Shown here: positions 24,958 to 37,756 of the stretch, in pieces | Layout: every line of letters begins with the position of its first letter | How positions within the stretch are numbered: position 1 is the first letter of the stretch | Source: Azolla caroliniana | Taxonomy: Eukaryota > Plantae > Polypodiophyta | Assembly: GCA_043228905.1 (NCBI GenBank) | Contig: JBHGNT010000018.1 | Coordinates: 744,001-808,000, forward strand | DNA: 64,000 nt | Direction: 5' to 3' | The notes under the pieces: generated by a model | Database searches by the model: none | Told to the model about the DNA's origin: nothing | What the model saw: the letters and a program-made list of their open reading frames with translations, nothing else | Position numbers and translations under genes: made by a program

Positions 24958-27900
24958 GGCGGTCGGCCCCGAGAGCCCACATGAGACCAGAGAGACGGAA
25001 GGTGGCGGCGGGAAAGCGGACAACCAAAATGACGACAAGGAAGGTCATAGAGGACGGAGGAAAGACCCCTCGACACCGAGACTGGAGACTACGGCGGTTG
25101 CGCTCGAATGCCAACATAAGACCGGAGAGAAGGGCGGTGGCCGTGAGGAGGCGTGGCCCGGAGTGAACACGTACGAAGATGAGGATGATAGGCCCGGAAC
25201 GGGCATATACAAGAGGACCGACGGAGAGGTCGGGAGCGGCAAAGAGGAGAGAGTCGGGAACCGACCCGACCGGAAGATGAACTGGTCGATAATCCGATAC
25301 GACCAGAAGACGACGCGGAAGAAGATTGGAGCGGGGTCCGGTCAGCCGGGCCCGAACCGAAGAAGAGCCAGCAAGGCTGGATTTGTTCGGACAAACATGT
25401 ACCGCCGGTTACGATTATGGAAGGGAGCAGACCAAACCGGAACTCGATCGGCTGAGACCGATCCGGGCGAAGGCTAAGTCGGCATGATTGGAGGTTGAGG
25501 CGAACGAGCCACAACACCCGGTGGGAGCCGGTGAGTGCGAGAAGGAGGCTAAGCATGCACGAGGAGTACGACTCCGTGGAAGACTGAAAACGAGGGGGAC
25601 CCTCCCCACCTATTCTAGAGACTTTGGCGGTTGCGGATCAACATAAGACCGGAGAGACGACGGGTGGCGGCGAGGAGTCGGTGACCGGAACGGATGAGGC
25701 TACCCGAAACGGGTACCCGGTGCATGAAGACGGACGAGCACGGCCAAGAGGGCCAAATGGAGACGGAAGGGTCTACGATGACAAAGGAAGAAGAGGCCAA
25801 CGCAGAGGTTGGGACTACGGCGGAAGAAGCGTGTAAAACAGAGCATGCACTACGGCCGGCGAAGGGCCAAGAAGCAAACATGCAGTCGGAAGAGCGGCAA
25901 CAAGTGACTGGCAACGGCGGACCAGTCGAGCCTTTGAGAGGCAAGCACGCTGCAAGAGACGGAGCGGTGAGTTGCCGGGATCGTCGGATGAACGACGAAA
26001 GCAGAGGATGGTGAGCGGGGAGCAAAGAGTTATGCACCGGGGAGAGACAAAGCGGTGTCCCGGAGGACATGCGGGGCCAAGCGGGCCAAGAGGATGCGAG
26101 TCGGGATGAAGCGGTAACGAGAGCCGCGAAGAACCCCGACACGAAGGCCGGGATGACGATACGCTCTACTACGAGTGAGCACAGAGAGCAAGGGAGAATC
26201 GAGGTGCGCATAATGGGGTCACCTAAGGACCAAAGAATGAGCATGCATTCGGAGGAGCCACAACGAGTGACCGATGATGTCGGTCGGAGGAAGCATTTGA
26301 GAGGCAAGCACGGGACGACGGATGGCGCGACGAGACGCCAAGATCGACGCAACGAGACGAGCGCGATCGGCATGAACGAAGGATTGTGTCTGGGAAAACG
26401 GAGGAGATGCATGGAGAACGGAGGGTCACGTACTGTGAAGAGTAAATGGGGCATCCCGAAGGGTGTGTGCGGCCGAGCGGGCTAGGCGGACCAAGAGGGT
26501 GTACCTCGGGGCGAAGCGGCAACATCGGAGGTTGCGGAGGACACTAAAGACGAGAGCACCGACTCGGATGTCGGGGAAGCAACGTACCTTTTCGAAAGGG
26601 TACACAGAGCAGAGCGGAGTGTGAGACGTGCGATGTGGCCGCGTAAGGGCCGAGCGACGAGCATGAGGATGATCGACGACGAAGTTCGGTGTGTGACAGT
26701 GCCGAGTTGAGGAAGCGGCCAAGGCAAGACAAGCGTGGACGAAGAGCACACGGTGTAATATCCGGCAAATAGTCGGGAAGAACGAGGAATTGGCCCAAGG
26801 TCGCAGGCGGAAAACAAAGGAAGCCAAAGAGAGGCGTGCGAAGATCGGGTCTGGCGCATCGGGCGGAGACAGTGGTTCGGCGAACTCCGTCGAGTATGGT
26901 GGATCGGATGGAGCCGATGGTTCGAGAGCATACGACGGATATGGCGGACTGGGAGGCTACGGTGGTCCATGTGGGACGGATGGGCTTGCTCGAAGTGGAA
27001 GACGAAGTCGGGCAAAGCTGACAAAGATGTTAAGGACTCGGTTGATCGCCATGGCCGAAAATCTCACCTCTTTCCCCTTCTTGGCACATACCGGTGGATG
27101 TGCGGTTTGGTGGGGGCGGATGTCGTGAAGATTTTCGTCCATAGGCGGAAATCGGGGTGGAAAGGGCAAGTCAGTGGTGTGCAACATGTGCACACGTATA
27201 CTAGGAAATGGTGTATAGAAATAAGAGGGGAAATTTTATGCCACATTGTAAGGTCCCTCCCTCCTTGGGCTATAAAAGGAAGGGAGGGGTCACTTATGAA
27301 GGGTTGCCTATTTTGCGTATGAGAGGTATACCACGTAGTCTAGAGTTCTTACCGTTTTAGGGTTAGGGTTTCGTTATTCATCCTTGGTTAGGGTTTTCTT
27401 ATAGTCGTTTGGTGGAAGGCCCATGCGGCCACCATTGTTGTAATCATTCGTTTGCTTTAATATATCTTGTCGAGTATCTTACCTCCGCCGATCTCTCCTT
27501 CTATGTCGTGATCTTATTCTTTCTTCTTCTCCTCTTGAGCTAAGCTTCCAAACATATCTTATTCTTTCTCCTCTACTCCCTAGTCCAAGACCCCCGTGGT
27601 CCCGCCCCTTCTACACGCACGCGCGTAACAACGCGACACCGGCTTCTTTCCGAAGTATTTTTCGTGCGGAGTGAGCTCGTGCACTCCGGATGTTGTGCAT
27701 CGGTTCATTAGGTAGACGACCGTATTTGCAGCTTCGGCCTAATATGACTTGGGCATATGCTTCTCGTTCATCATGGCCTGTGCTACTTCGAGGATGTGCC
27801 GATTTTTGCGCTCGGCTACTCCGTTTTGTTGTGGAGTGTGTCGGCAAGTGAATTCTCGCCAAATTCCTTCCTTTTGAAGATACGCCGTGAAATCGCCTGA

Positions 27901-29180
27901 GAAGTACTCCTTGCCGCCATCCGATCGAAGGCATTGTACATGATGGCCCGTGGCTTTCTCGACTTCATTCTTGAATTTTTGGAAGTGTCCGAACACTGCG
28001 CTTTTTTGCCGCAAGGTTAGGTACGCAAGGTTAAGTATGTTAACAAAGGAGAAAGACTCAACATTATACAAGGTGGGAGGAGGGTGCTTTATATAGTCAT
28101 CCTCTCTCTTCATTTAATACAAGACTCATGGGGCATGGGGAATGTGAAAGCTCATAAGTTATGTGTCATAGAATATGATTCTATGACTCATACTAAATGC
28201 TAGAATACAAAGAGGTGACATAATGGTGACTCTTGACCGTTGGAGTGTCTATTTACTCTCAAGGTGAGTTCACACACTAGACCAAGTTGAGCTCGATTCT
28301 CAACAGCTCATAAGGGGTCATCTCAGCTCCGTCGTTGTGTGGTTCTTGACCCTCGATTCCTTTGTGTCGGCGTCGACTTTTGCTTCCTTCCCATTCGTTT
28401 GACCTTCTGATGATTCGACTCCTCCGAATCGGTAACCTCCGATTTGTTCCAGCTCTTGTCCGAATTGGTTGTCTCCAATTCGTCTTCAATCTTTAGGCCC
28501 TTTACCACATCAAACCATGGTCGGGTGTTAGACTTCTTCTTCCGGTTGGTTCTGTCCTTCTTGACTCTGCCGCTGTTGATAGTTGTTCCGACTTTTTCGG
28601 ATGACATTGTGCCGACTTTTTCAGTCGATTCGACTTCCTTTTTCTTCCTGTCTCCCCTTGTTTCGGTCTTTTCTTCCTAGTTTCCGGTGCCTTCCCTAGT
28701 TCTGGTTTTGCCCCTCAAGTGCGGCATGTCGAGATGTTGTTCCTTCCGATCCAAGCAGATTGGTGAAGATGTCGGCAACTTGTTGATCCATTTGAACATG
28801 TCGGAGTTACTTCACCACTTAGGACCTGCTAGTGCACAAAGTGGTAATGCACTTCTATGTGCTTTGTGCGAGCATGGAACACAGGGTTCTTAGCCAACTG
28901 CATGCTACTCATATTGTCGTAGTAGATCAGGACCAGAGTCGGTACTTAGATCTAGAGGCTTGCAGCAACCGTTGAGGCCAGATGGCTTTATAGGTAGCGA
29001 TAGTAGTGCCTCGGTACTCAACCTCAATGTTCAACAAAGCCACTATCAGTTGCTTCTTGTTGCTGCATGCAACATTCGCGCTACCAAGAGAGAACATAAA
29101 ACCGGAAGTGGACTGTCGTTACAACGCATCATCGACCCAGTCAGCATCCGTATAACCGACTAGCTTTTCGGTTATACCGT

Positions 29181-30122
29181 TGTCGTGAAGATTTTCGGAA
29201 ATGGTGTGAAAATCATGTGGAAATGAGAAAACTGAAAAGGGTTCACTTTTGCCCTTCTCGCATTGTTTTCTTCTCACTGAGTTATCCCACATATATATGT
29301 AGCTAATACAACTCTCTCGATATAACGACTCAGTTATCTGACATATATATACGACTATGTATATGTATATGTGTGTATTTGTTTGAACTTCTATTCGGCC
29401 AACTACTATTTGATTGAATCTTGATTTGGCTTTCCGATCGATTTCAGCCAACTGACTTTTTCTGACCGATTTCGGCTTTTCAGTCTATTTTGGCCAACTG
29501 ACTCTTCTTTCGGCTTTTTGAATGATTTCGACAATCGATGCTTGTTTCGGTTTTTTTGGTCGATTTCGGCCAACTGACTCTTCTTTTGGCTTTCTGACCA
29601 ATTTCGGCTAGCCGACTCTCCCACGAGGGACAATCTTACATAACACAATTGACTTACCTCAAAGCCAGGTCATTTCTTTAAAAGTTGTATTTTTATCATT
29701 ATACTTTTTCATATGTAAATTCTCATACATGAGAGCTTGCATGAGTGACATGGTTATCATGCATTACATGCATTGTATGCATGTCTTGCACCCTCACATG
29801 CATCATATGCATGGGGGCATCTATAAAAGAGTGGAGGAAAAGGAAAAGAGGAATCAATCAGTGAATGGATCAAGAAAGCTATGTACTGATCAAGAAAATA
29901 ATAATAATAAATTTACTTATCTTGCTGGTGATGTATTTTGTCTCTTAAAATTGAACTCTCTCTCTCTCATTCTGTCTCATAATTGGAATCTCCGTCTCTC
30001 AATCTCTCTGTCTCTATCTTAAATACTTTCTCGCTAATGCTAGTACAACCTTCGAATCCTTCCGGTCCAGGACCTCAGTGGTCCCACTTCATTTTCGCAA
30101 ACACACGAGGATTTCCTTGACA
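29181..30122 (+). mobile_element. Solo LTR (942 bp) of the TGTCGTG Ty3 group, inserted in F
   Basis: TGTCGTGAAGATTTTCG...CTTGACA; 4-bp TSD CCGT/CCAT; U5 motif ggtccaggacc..ggtccc shared with H and I. Confidence 0.85.
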
Positions 30123-30186
30123 CCATGTCAATACAACAGTCCCCGATCCTTAGTGTTGCTCACATACCTCAATAGGCGATGCGCGC

Positions 30187-30264
30187 TGTCGCGTTGTTAC
30201 GCGCGTGTGTGGAGAACAAGGCGGGACCACTAGGGTCTTGGACCGAGGAATAGGTGAGGAAAAG

Positions 30265-30332
<68 letters not shown>

Positions 30333-33300
30333 ACACACGTATAGACAAAGAAGCGCACGGGGACGCGGCCCAACAACATAGGAGACACGAGTTGAGAACA
30401 CTAGCGCATGTATATAAATATGTGTATGTATTTGCATGTATGCAGACGACTCGAACGGTTACAGCCGATCAGGTCGGCGGGATGGATGCCGACGCTTGAT
30501 CACCCACACACACAAGAGAGCAAGATGGAGATTCTGCCGGAAGCACACGGGCGTTCCACGGACCAGGATCAGCCTCCTAAGAACATGTGCAAAAGAAGCT
30601 ATGGAGAATGACAGAGAAGAAGAGCTAGGTCCCAGTCCGACAACACTTCGTCCCCTCTAGCGCGCGATCCCTTCTCTCCCCCGTCTCCCTCTCTTTTATA
30701 GCTCAAGGAGGGAGGCCGTCTCACCCGTTTACATCACATTAATTCTCTGTCCTTTCGGACAGAGATACTCCTCGATTTCCCCTATAGAATATTGCTACCT
30801 AGGATTTAACCTTTGTGCTTACCTATCTACTATACGACAAGGGACGTGCCCACGTGTAAGGGCCGGTTCACACACACTATACACGGTTTGCGCCTGGGGA
30901 CGGTTTTCTTCACGACATCCACCCCCACCTAACCGCGCATCCACCGGTATGCGCCAAAATTGGGTTCCTACGGGAGAAAACCGATCCTTGCTTTTATTCC
31001 TCGTTTACTGGTTCATCCTCCGCCTCGGGCTGCTCGTCGTTGCTGTCCATGCCCCCTAGCTCCGGCTCCCCGTCGTGCCGTTTCTTGAACGCTTTGATCC
31101 TCTTCCCCGCTACCGGTATCGCCATTCTCGTACCATCGAGCACGTAGCCCTGTGTTGATTGTCGAGGCTGTTGTCATAGACTAGCACCCAGTCGCCTTCC
31201 TCGATCTTCCTTGGCCTGAGCCGGTGTGTTCGGTCGAACCGGGCTTTGTTCCTTATCCTTGCTACCCGAAGTTTCTCCGCGGCTCGCTCTACGTCCTCCG
31301 GCCTCTGCTCGAGCTGTCGAATCCGCGCCGCCACCAGTTCCTCCCGGCTCATCTCATCCCTCAAGTCCACCGTGGCCCACGAGGAGATCGTTCGCTCTGT
31401 TGGCATGATCGGCTTCTGTCCGAACATCAGCTTGGCCGACATGAACCCGGTTACCGAACTGTGCGTAGTCCGGTCCGCCCACAAGGCATAAGGTAGCAGC
31501 CGTGGCCAGTCCCCGACTCGGCCTCCGCACGCCCGTACTAGTGCTTTGACAATTGGCCCGTGTCCGCGCTCCACCTTCCCGTTCGCCTCCGGATTGTACG
31601 CTGTGGTGAGCGAAAGTTTGACTCCTAGCCGGTCGAACAGCTCTTCGACCTCTTCTGCGTCCAACTCACCACGGTTAGCCACGATCTTCCCTACGCACCC
31701 GTATCGGCATACTACGTCCTCAATAAAAAACCGGCACACGGCTGCCGTCGTCTTGTTCTGCAGGGCTCGGCCTTCAACCTGGTTCGTTAGATCTTGCCGA
31801 GCCAGCACTAGATACCGCATCTATCCTACTCCCATTGGCATCGTCACCAAATCCACCATCCACTTGAAGTGGACGGTCGGAGGGTAGGTCGGCTGAAGCT
31901 CATCCCGATGTCGGATCATGGAGTGCACCTGACAACTTTCACAAGTCGTCACGAACCGATGCACGTCCCGGTATAGTCCCAGCCACCAGTACTTCCCCTT
32001 TAGCTTTTCGAACGTGGCCCACGTTCCACGGTGTCCAGCCCACGGGCTATCGTGGTACGCCGCCAGCAAATCCTCCTATTCCTCCTTCTTCGCCACCACT
32101 CGGAGCGGGATGCCGTTCCTCTTCTTCGGGTGCTTCCATATGTATCCGTCCCGGAGAAAGAATCGGTAGGCTTTCTTCCGAATCCGGTTGGCCTCGTCTA
32201 TTGTCCATGCCGCGTCCGGTGTCATTGTTTTCAGGAACCCGCCGATCTGCAACCACTCCCCATCGTACTTGCTCTCGTCGAAATCGTTAAGCGTTGGAGA
32301 GCATTCCCTACCGGTTGTTACGTAAGCCACTTCGAAGAAGTCCACGCCGACTTCCTCGTCCTCTGAAACCATGCCGCCGTCGTTTTCGAACCTCGCCCTT
32401 GAAAGCATGTCGGCCATGGCGTTGTCTTTCCTGGAAATGTGTCGTATTTCCGGATTCAGGAACTTGATGTACGCTATCCACCTGAGCATTGCCAGGTCCG
32501 ACGTCACGCATCCGGAAACCATGCCAAGGATCGGCAGGTAGTCTGTCTCGATAATTACCTCTGTCCTGATCAGGTAGTCTTTATCGGCCTTTACCGCCGA
32601 AAGGATACCCTAGAGCTCGCGTTTAACCTGGGCATATCCTCGCTGTCGCTCGCTGAGGACCTTCGCGCCGAACCGGATCGGGGAACGCATGCCGTCCTCG
32701 TCCTCTTGGTTGACGACCCATCCGATCCCGGTCGGACTCGTGTCTACTGTTACGTAAATTGGAGTGCTCTTTCCGTAGACAGCCTTTCGGAGCGCCGGAG
32801 CCGCGGCAAGTGCTTCCTTCATCTTCCGAACAGACTCCGTATGCTCGTCTCTCCACTCGAATTTTGGCCCCTTTTTCAGCAACCCGTATAACGGCTCCGC
32901 GACATGAGCGTAATGCGGGATCCATATGTGGTAGAACGCGCATGCTCCCAAGAACCTCTGAACCTCTGTGACCGAGCTACAGTCGTTCTTCATCGCGGAG
33001 ATGGCTTCTACCTTAGTCGGAAATGGTTTCCGGCCGTACGGCCCGCATAGGTGTTCGACGACCATGATCTCTGATTGCCCGAAGGCCGACTTTCCCCCGG
33101 AGAAGGTGAGCCTCGCGCCCTCCAACCTCTGCAGCACCTTCTTGCAGTCATCGATGTGCGTCGCCACGAATTTCCGGCATCCGTCCGGTCCGATCGTCTC
33201 GTCCCTTTCCTCCACCGGGCATCCCTTGATCGGGACGTCGTCCAAAAACGGCATGGTGATGTCCGGGATACAATCCCTCAGCACTTTGTTCATTGCGTTC

Positions 33301-36300
33301 ACCATGTGTGCCACCGAGTTCGTCCCTCCTTGCGGCAGGGTACACATCCGTACTAGGCCGAGAGGAGTTCGCATTGTCGTGATGTCTCTGCTCTCTACGG
33401 CAAGCTGAAACTGATCGTACCCTGAGTAGAGATCACCGACCGAGTAAATCGACCTTCCGGCGAAGGCCTCCGCGAACTCATCTATTGTCGGTCTGATTCC
33501 TGCGTTTCGAATGGTCACCTTGTTGACCGGCTGCAGGTCTTGAATAAAGCGTAGCGTGCCGTCCTTCTTCGGCACGGTAAACCGCCGATTCGAGTATTAT
33601 GGGGCACTCGACGGTTCGAGGATTCCCATCTCGACCTTCTGCATCAGCTTCGGGATGTGAGCTCTGGGTACTGGAATTGGTTTGAGACTCCACGACACAT
33701 GCGGTACCGTGAATATCACCATCGGTTCCACGACTGTCGGGTCTACGCACCCGATCTCCTCCGGTGAGAATGCGAAAGCCTTCCCGTGCCTTCCGAGCAT
33801 TCCCCGAAAACGGTCCTCTTCCGCCAGCAGTAGGAAGCCGCCCCCACCGATTTTGATCTCGCGCAGCGTTATGTCGGTGAACGTGTGTCCTATGCGGGCC
33901 GGATTTCGTAAACTCGGGTCCGACGCAACCCCCTTTATTCGCAACTCGCTGCCCTCCGGCAAGGGAGCCACGACTGGCCTCACCTTCCGGTCCACAGTCT
34001 TGTACCTCGTGTCCACCCGGGCCGTCTGATCCGACTCGAGCCCTCTACTAAAGTCCGCGATGACTTCGTACATCTTTTCCGAACATACCGGAATCGTCTG
34101 GTCCTCTTTAAGGACTCCTCCAACTACCTCTCGCAGCTCCCCCAAGGTATCGACGAAAGAGACCGCCTCCACGGCTCCGTTGATTTCCTCTCCAAGGCCG
34201 AGGATACCACATGCTCGAAGTTGCTCCTCCGCCCTTTTCTTCTTATTGCCAACAACGTCGACTATCGTACACCCTCCGTTGTCGGAGAACCAAAATTTCC
34301 TACTTATAGTACAGGTCTTCTTCGCTATCGTACACTTGTGGGGTTTTCCCGGAGTGTCCGGACTATCGCGGCCCCATGCCTTGATAGCCCTCTTCAAAAA
34401 TCCTCCACTTCCTCTCATGGTTCAGTCTCACCGTTAGGAACTGGACCGAGTGACGCCCATTCTGGCTCTTGACCCTCGCATAGGCCGAGCCGTTGTCCAA
34501 CACCTTGGTCTCCATCCGTGGTGTCGTGATGTACGGTTCTCCGAGTATAACCGGATGTGAGGACGTCTCCTGCACGAAGAAGTGCTGGTCAATCTCGACA
34601 TCGCCGATCTTTACTCGTATGTTCGGGCATGCTCCATGCAGTTCTTCGGTGGTACGCGTCGCCGCTCGTATTTTCCACCCGTGCTTGGTGTTGATCGGCC
34701 ATTTCCCCTTCTTATAGAAGTCCATGGACATCAAATTGATTTCTGAACCGTGGTCCACCAACGCCACCACCGGTTCATGAACATCTCCGATCTTCACGGG
34801 GGTCTCCGTGGTCGCTCTGGCCTAGTGTGGCCTCGAATAGTGGCTCTCCGCCAACTCGTCTTCCAGCGCCATGTCCTCTATGTGCGTCGTTCGCACCTCC
34901 ACCGGCTTCTCTGGTTTTGTCTCTGTCGACAGCCTCTTTGTCTTCACCAAGTCTACGATGGAGTTGTGGAACTCCTTCTTGGCGATCCCGAGCACTTCCC
35001 TCAGCGATAGCTCCACCGTGCTGTCGAGGATTCGTTCTTCCAGGACCTTTCGCAGGTCCATGGATCTTTCGATTTCTATGCCCAGCTGGTACCCGCCCCT
35101 CTTGGGATTATCCTGGGCACCGGTTGCATCGACCTCATTCCGCCTTTGCCTGTACCGAGTTTCATATCGTTGCGAGGGCCCGGCCCCTCCGGTTTTCCCT
35201 ACCCGCTTGTCCTCCACCAGAGCCTCGTAATTTTGACAAGCAGCTTCGACGAAGCCCGTCTTTTCTTCTACCAGGTCACTCCACCCGGTTACCTCCCAGA
35301 CCCGTTTTTCCGCGCGGTCCGCCTCTTCTTTCCTTAGTCGCGTGCCGGTGAGGCCTTCTAGCATCGTTGGCTAGAACCCGGCTTTGTTCATCTTCGGGGC
35401 CTCGCCACCTCCGACCCGAATACCAGCTGACGTCGAGTAGTGGACGGTCTCCGTGTGACGAGCCGCCGCCTCTTCCATCAGCCTTTTCATACCTCCTCGC
35501 CCGATGTTCAGGTCCAGGGCCCTTCGGGTCTCGCTGGCGTGCACCCGACTGTTGCATAGGTACACCACGTTGCTTCTCATCGCCTCGGCGAAGTCCCCAT
35601 AGTCCTTTCAGATGTGCCCAACCACGTCACACCACATGCACCTGTTTCCAGCCAGAGGTCGTTTGTCACGGCCCTGTTCACTACCGTCCCTCCGTGCCTG
35701 GGCGATCTAGAGATCCTTTACCATCCGCGTCAGTTCCTCCAGAGCTGCTCCCCCGGATGAGCCGTTGACCATGCTAGTTGAAGCTGATCCGGTCTCGAGC
35801 CAATCCCGGGTCTCTTCCCTTCGCGTTGGTGGTGTTGGCTCGAGCTTCCTTGTTGTGATAGAGCCCGCCCCTGTCGATCCTTTGTCAACCCATTCCCGCC
35901 GTTTGTCGAAACGGCCACAGACCCTTTTCACCACGGCCCAGTCGGCCGTCAGCCCGTCATCAGTCTCCAATAGGAGGCCTACCTGCTCCCGATCACGCTC
36001 ATCAACTGACTTAACAAACAATAGGACACGGTTTGTGTCCAGAACCGTCCGGTCAAGCACCGAGAGGCGTGCGAAGCGTTCCTCAACTCCCGGAGGAGCA
36101 TCGACACATTCCTTCCTTTGTTGGGGGTCTCCACCCACTCCATGAAGTCCCGCTTTGAAAGTCGAAGTGCATCTTCAAGCCCGTATTTTTCGAGGAGCCG
36201 ACCTTCGAACTCCTCCCAGGTCCGGCTCTCGGCCCGTACCTCGAGCACCTCCGTATGGATACCCGGCATCGCCACTCGAGGGAATCCGGCTAGACGCCTC

Positions 36301-36616
36301 TCTTCCAGAATGTCCCTCATTACCATCTCAGCCCGGTAGGACGCCAAGTAGCTCGTGGCATCCTTCCCACTAAACTGGCCGATTGTACCGACAACCGCCT
36401 CGATAGCCCTATCAAGGGTGCCGGTGCCTTCGCGCGCACTCACTATACGGTCTACAGCCGAAGCCATGGCTTCTGCAAGGTCCGACCCCCTCATCTTCTA
36501 CTCCTCTGCCGCCTGTTTACGTCGGGTTCACCAAAAGATGTCGCGTTGTTACGCGCGTGCGTGGAGAACAAGGCGGGACCATTGGGGTCTTGGACCGAGG
36601 AATAGGTGAGGGAAAG

Positions 36617-36660
<44 letters not shown>

Positions 36661-37245
36661 ACACACGTATAGACAAAGAAGCGCACGGGGACGCGGCCCA
36701 ACAACACAGGAGACTCGAGTTGAGAACACTAGCGCATGTATATAAATATGTCTATGTATTTGCATGTATGCAGACGACTCGAATGGTTACGGCTGATCAG
36801 GTTGGCGGGATGGATGCCGACGCCTGATCACCCACGCACATAGGAGAGCAAGATGGAGATTCTGCCGGAAGCACACGGGTGTTCCACGGAGCAGGATCAA
36901 CCTCCTGAGAACATGCGCAAAAGAAGCTATGGAGAACGACAGAGAAGAAGAGCTAGGTCCCTGTCCGACAGCACTTCGTCCCCTCTAGCGCGCGATCCCT
37001 TCTCTCCCCCGTCTCCCTCTCTTTTATAGCTCAAGGAGGGAGGCCGTCTCACCCGTTTACATCACATTAATTCTCTGTCCTTTCGGACAGAGATACTCCT
37101 CGATCTCCCCTATAGAATAATGCTACCTAGGATTTAACCTTTGTGCCTACCTATCTACTATACGACAAGGGACGTGCCCACGTGTAAGGGCCGGTTCACA
37201 CACACTATACATGGTTTGCGCCTGGGGACGGTTTTCTTCACGACA
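30187..37245 (-). mobile_element. Full-structure Ty3/gypsy element H (non-chromovirus, possibly Phygy/Selgy-like), nested in F
   Basis: LTRs 30187-30917 and 36539-37245, differing mainly in (GA)n length; 4-bp TSD GCGC; PBS(Trp) 36519-36533; PPT adjacent to 30918. Confidence 0.95.
31000..36494 (-). pseudogene. gag-pol of H (gag, zinc knuckle, protease, RT, RNase H, integrase) with stops and frameshifts
   Basis: LVDHGSEINLM protease; DLYSGYDQ, LPQG and FLDD in RT; VDTSPTGIG and ADMLSR in RNase H; HDSPWAGH..CESC and NGKVERGH in integrase; order PR-RT-RH-INT; no chromodomain seen. Confidence 0.92.
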
Positions 37246-37479
37246 GCGCACTAAAGATGCTCGACAGTCGGCCTCTGCATAAATTGGCTGATCACACCGA
37301 CCAGATAGCTGATGTCGGGTCGGGTGATTGTCAGATATATTAGGCTTCCGATAATTTGTTGGAACCGTTTCTCGTTGGAGGCCAGTCTGGAGTCAGGACG
37401 TAGCTTGAGGTTCCCGTCCAAGGGTATCGAGACTGGTCGGCATTTGGTCATGCAGAACTTGTATAACATATTCAGCACA

Positions 37480-37756
37480 ATGACTAGGTCTAGGTTGTAT
37501 TTGTAAATATTGGAAATGGTAGTTTCCCTAGTTCAATTTGTATTTAAACTGAACTTTGAACCTAGTTGTTAAGAGAGAGAGTTGTTGTATGTGCCATTGT
37601 AACTCTCTTGAGCAATAATACAGTTACATTGATTGTGCCTATTGGTGTCTCTTTCTCTACATCTATTTCTTGATCTTGTCTTTGACTAAGTTGCCCTTGT
37701 TGTCTTCAATCAGTTCTTACTGACCTTGTATACCATCAACCCAAAGATCTTCATCA
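37480..37756 (+). repeat. Probable LTR 3' half remnant
   Basis: TATTTAAA box, GA/CT-rich tract, ends CTTCATCA (reverse complement of the TGATGAAG start of the 6757 solo LTR); no partner or TSD found. Confidence 0.4.

Larger units (their letters stand above)
22666..27030 (+). pseudogene. Gag N-terminal domain fused to a long low-complexity repeat region; broken by stops and a plastid-type insert
   Basis: First ~105 aa align by eye with H gag (RFNGNEVPKFLGAYKAEM vs QFSGKDATSYLASYRAEM; SWVSLEGALLEAYG vs TWEEFEGRLLEKYG); ORFs 22666-23811 and 23821- are in frame across one TGA, as are 25694-26014 and 26069-26485. Confidence 0.7.
22188..27638 (+). mobile_element. Non-autonomous Ty3/gypsy-type element I (gag-derived ORF, no pol), nested in E integrase
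   Basis: LTRs 22188-~22630 (last ~70 bp deleted) and 27121-27638, with about 6 substitutions and 1 indel; 4-bp TSD CCGG; PBS(Trp); PPT ggtgggggcgga 27109-27120; no PR/RT/RH/INT motifs seen. Confidence 0.9.
19537..28305 (-). mobile_element. Copia element E nested in F; gag/protease/PBS deleted
   Basis: 3' LTR 19537-19928; partial 5' LTR ~28025-28305; TSD GCTTA/GCTCA; integrase, RT and RNase H fragments match the copy at 60165-64000. Confidence 0.88.
19445..37478 (-). mobile_element. Copia fragment F (B/C family; RT end, RNase H, 3' region) split into 19445-19536, 28306-29180, 30123-30186 and 37246-37478
   Basis: Segments are colinear with element C ~16680-17930 once the nested insertions are removed (MLYKFCMTKCRPVS, GYTDADW, TRPWFDVVKGL). 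Confidence 0.85.
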
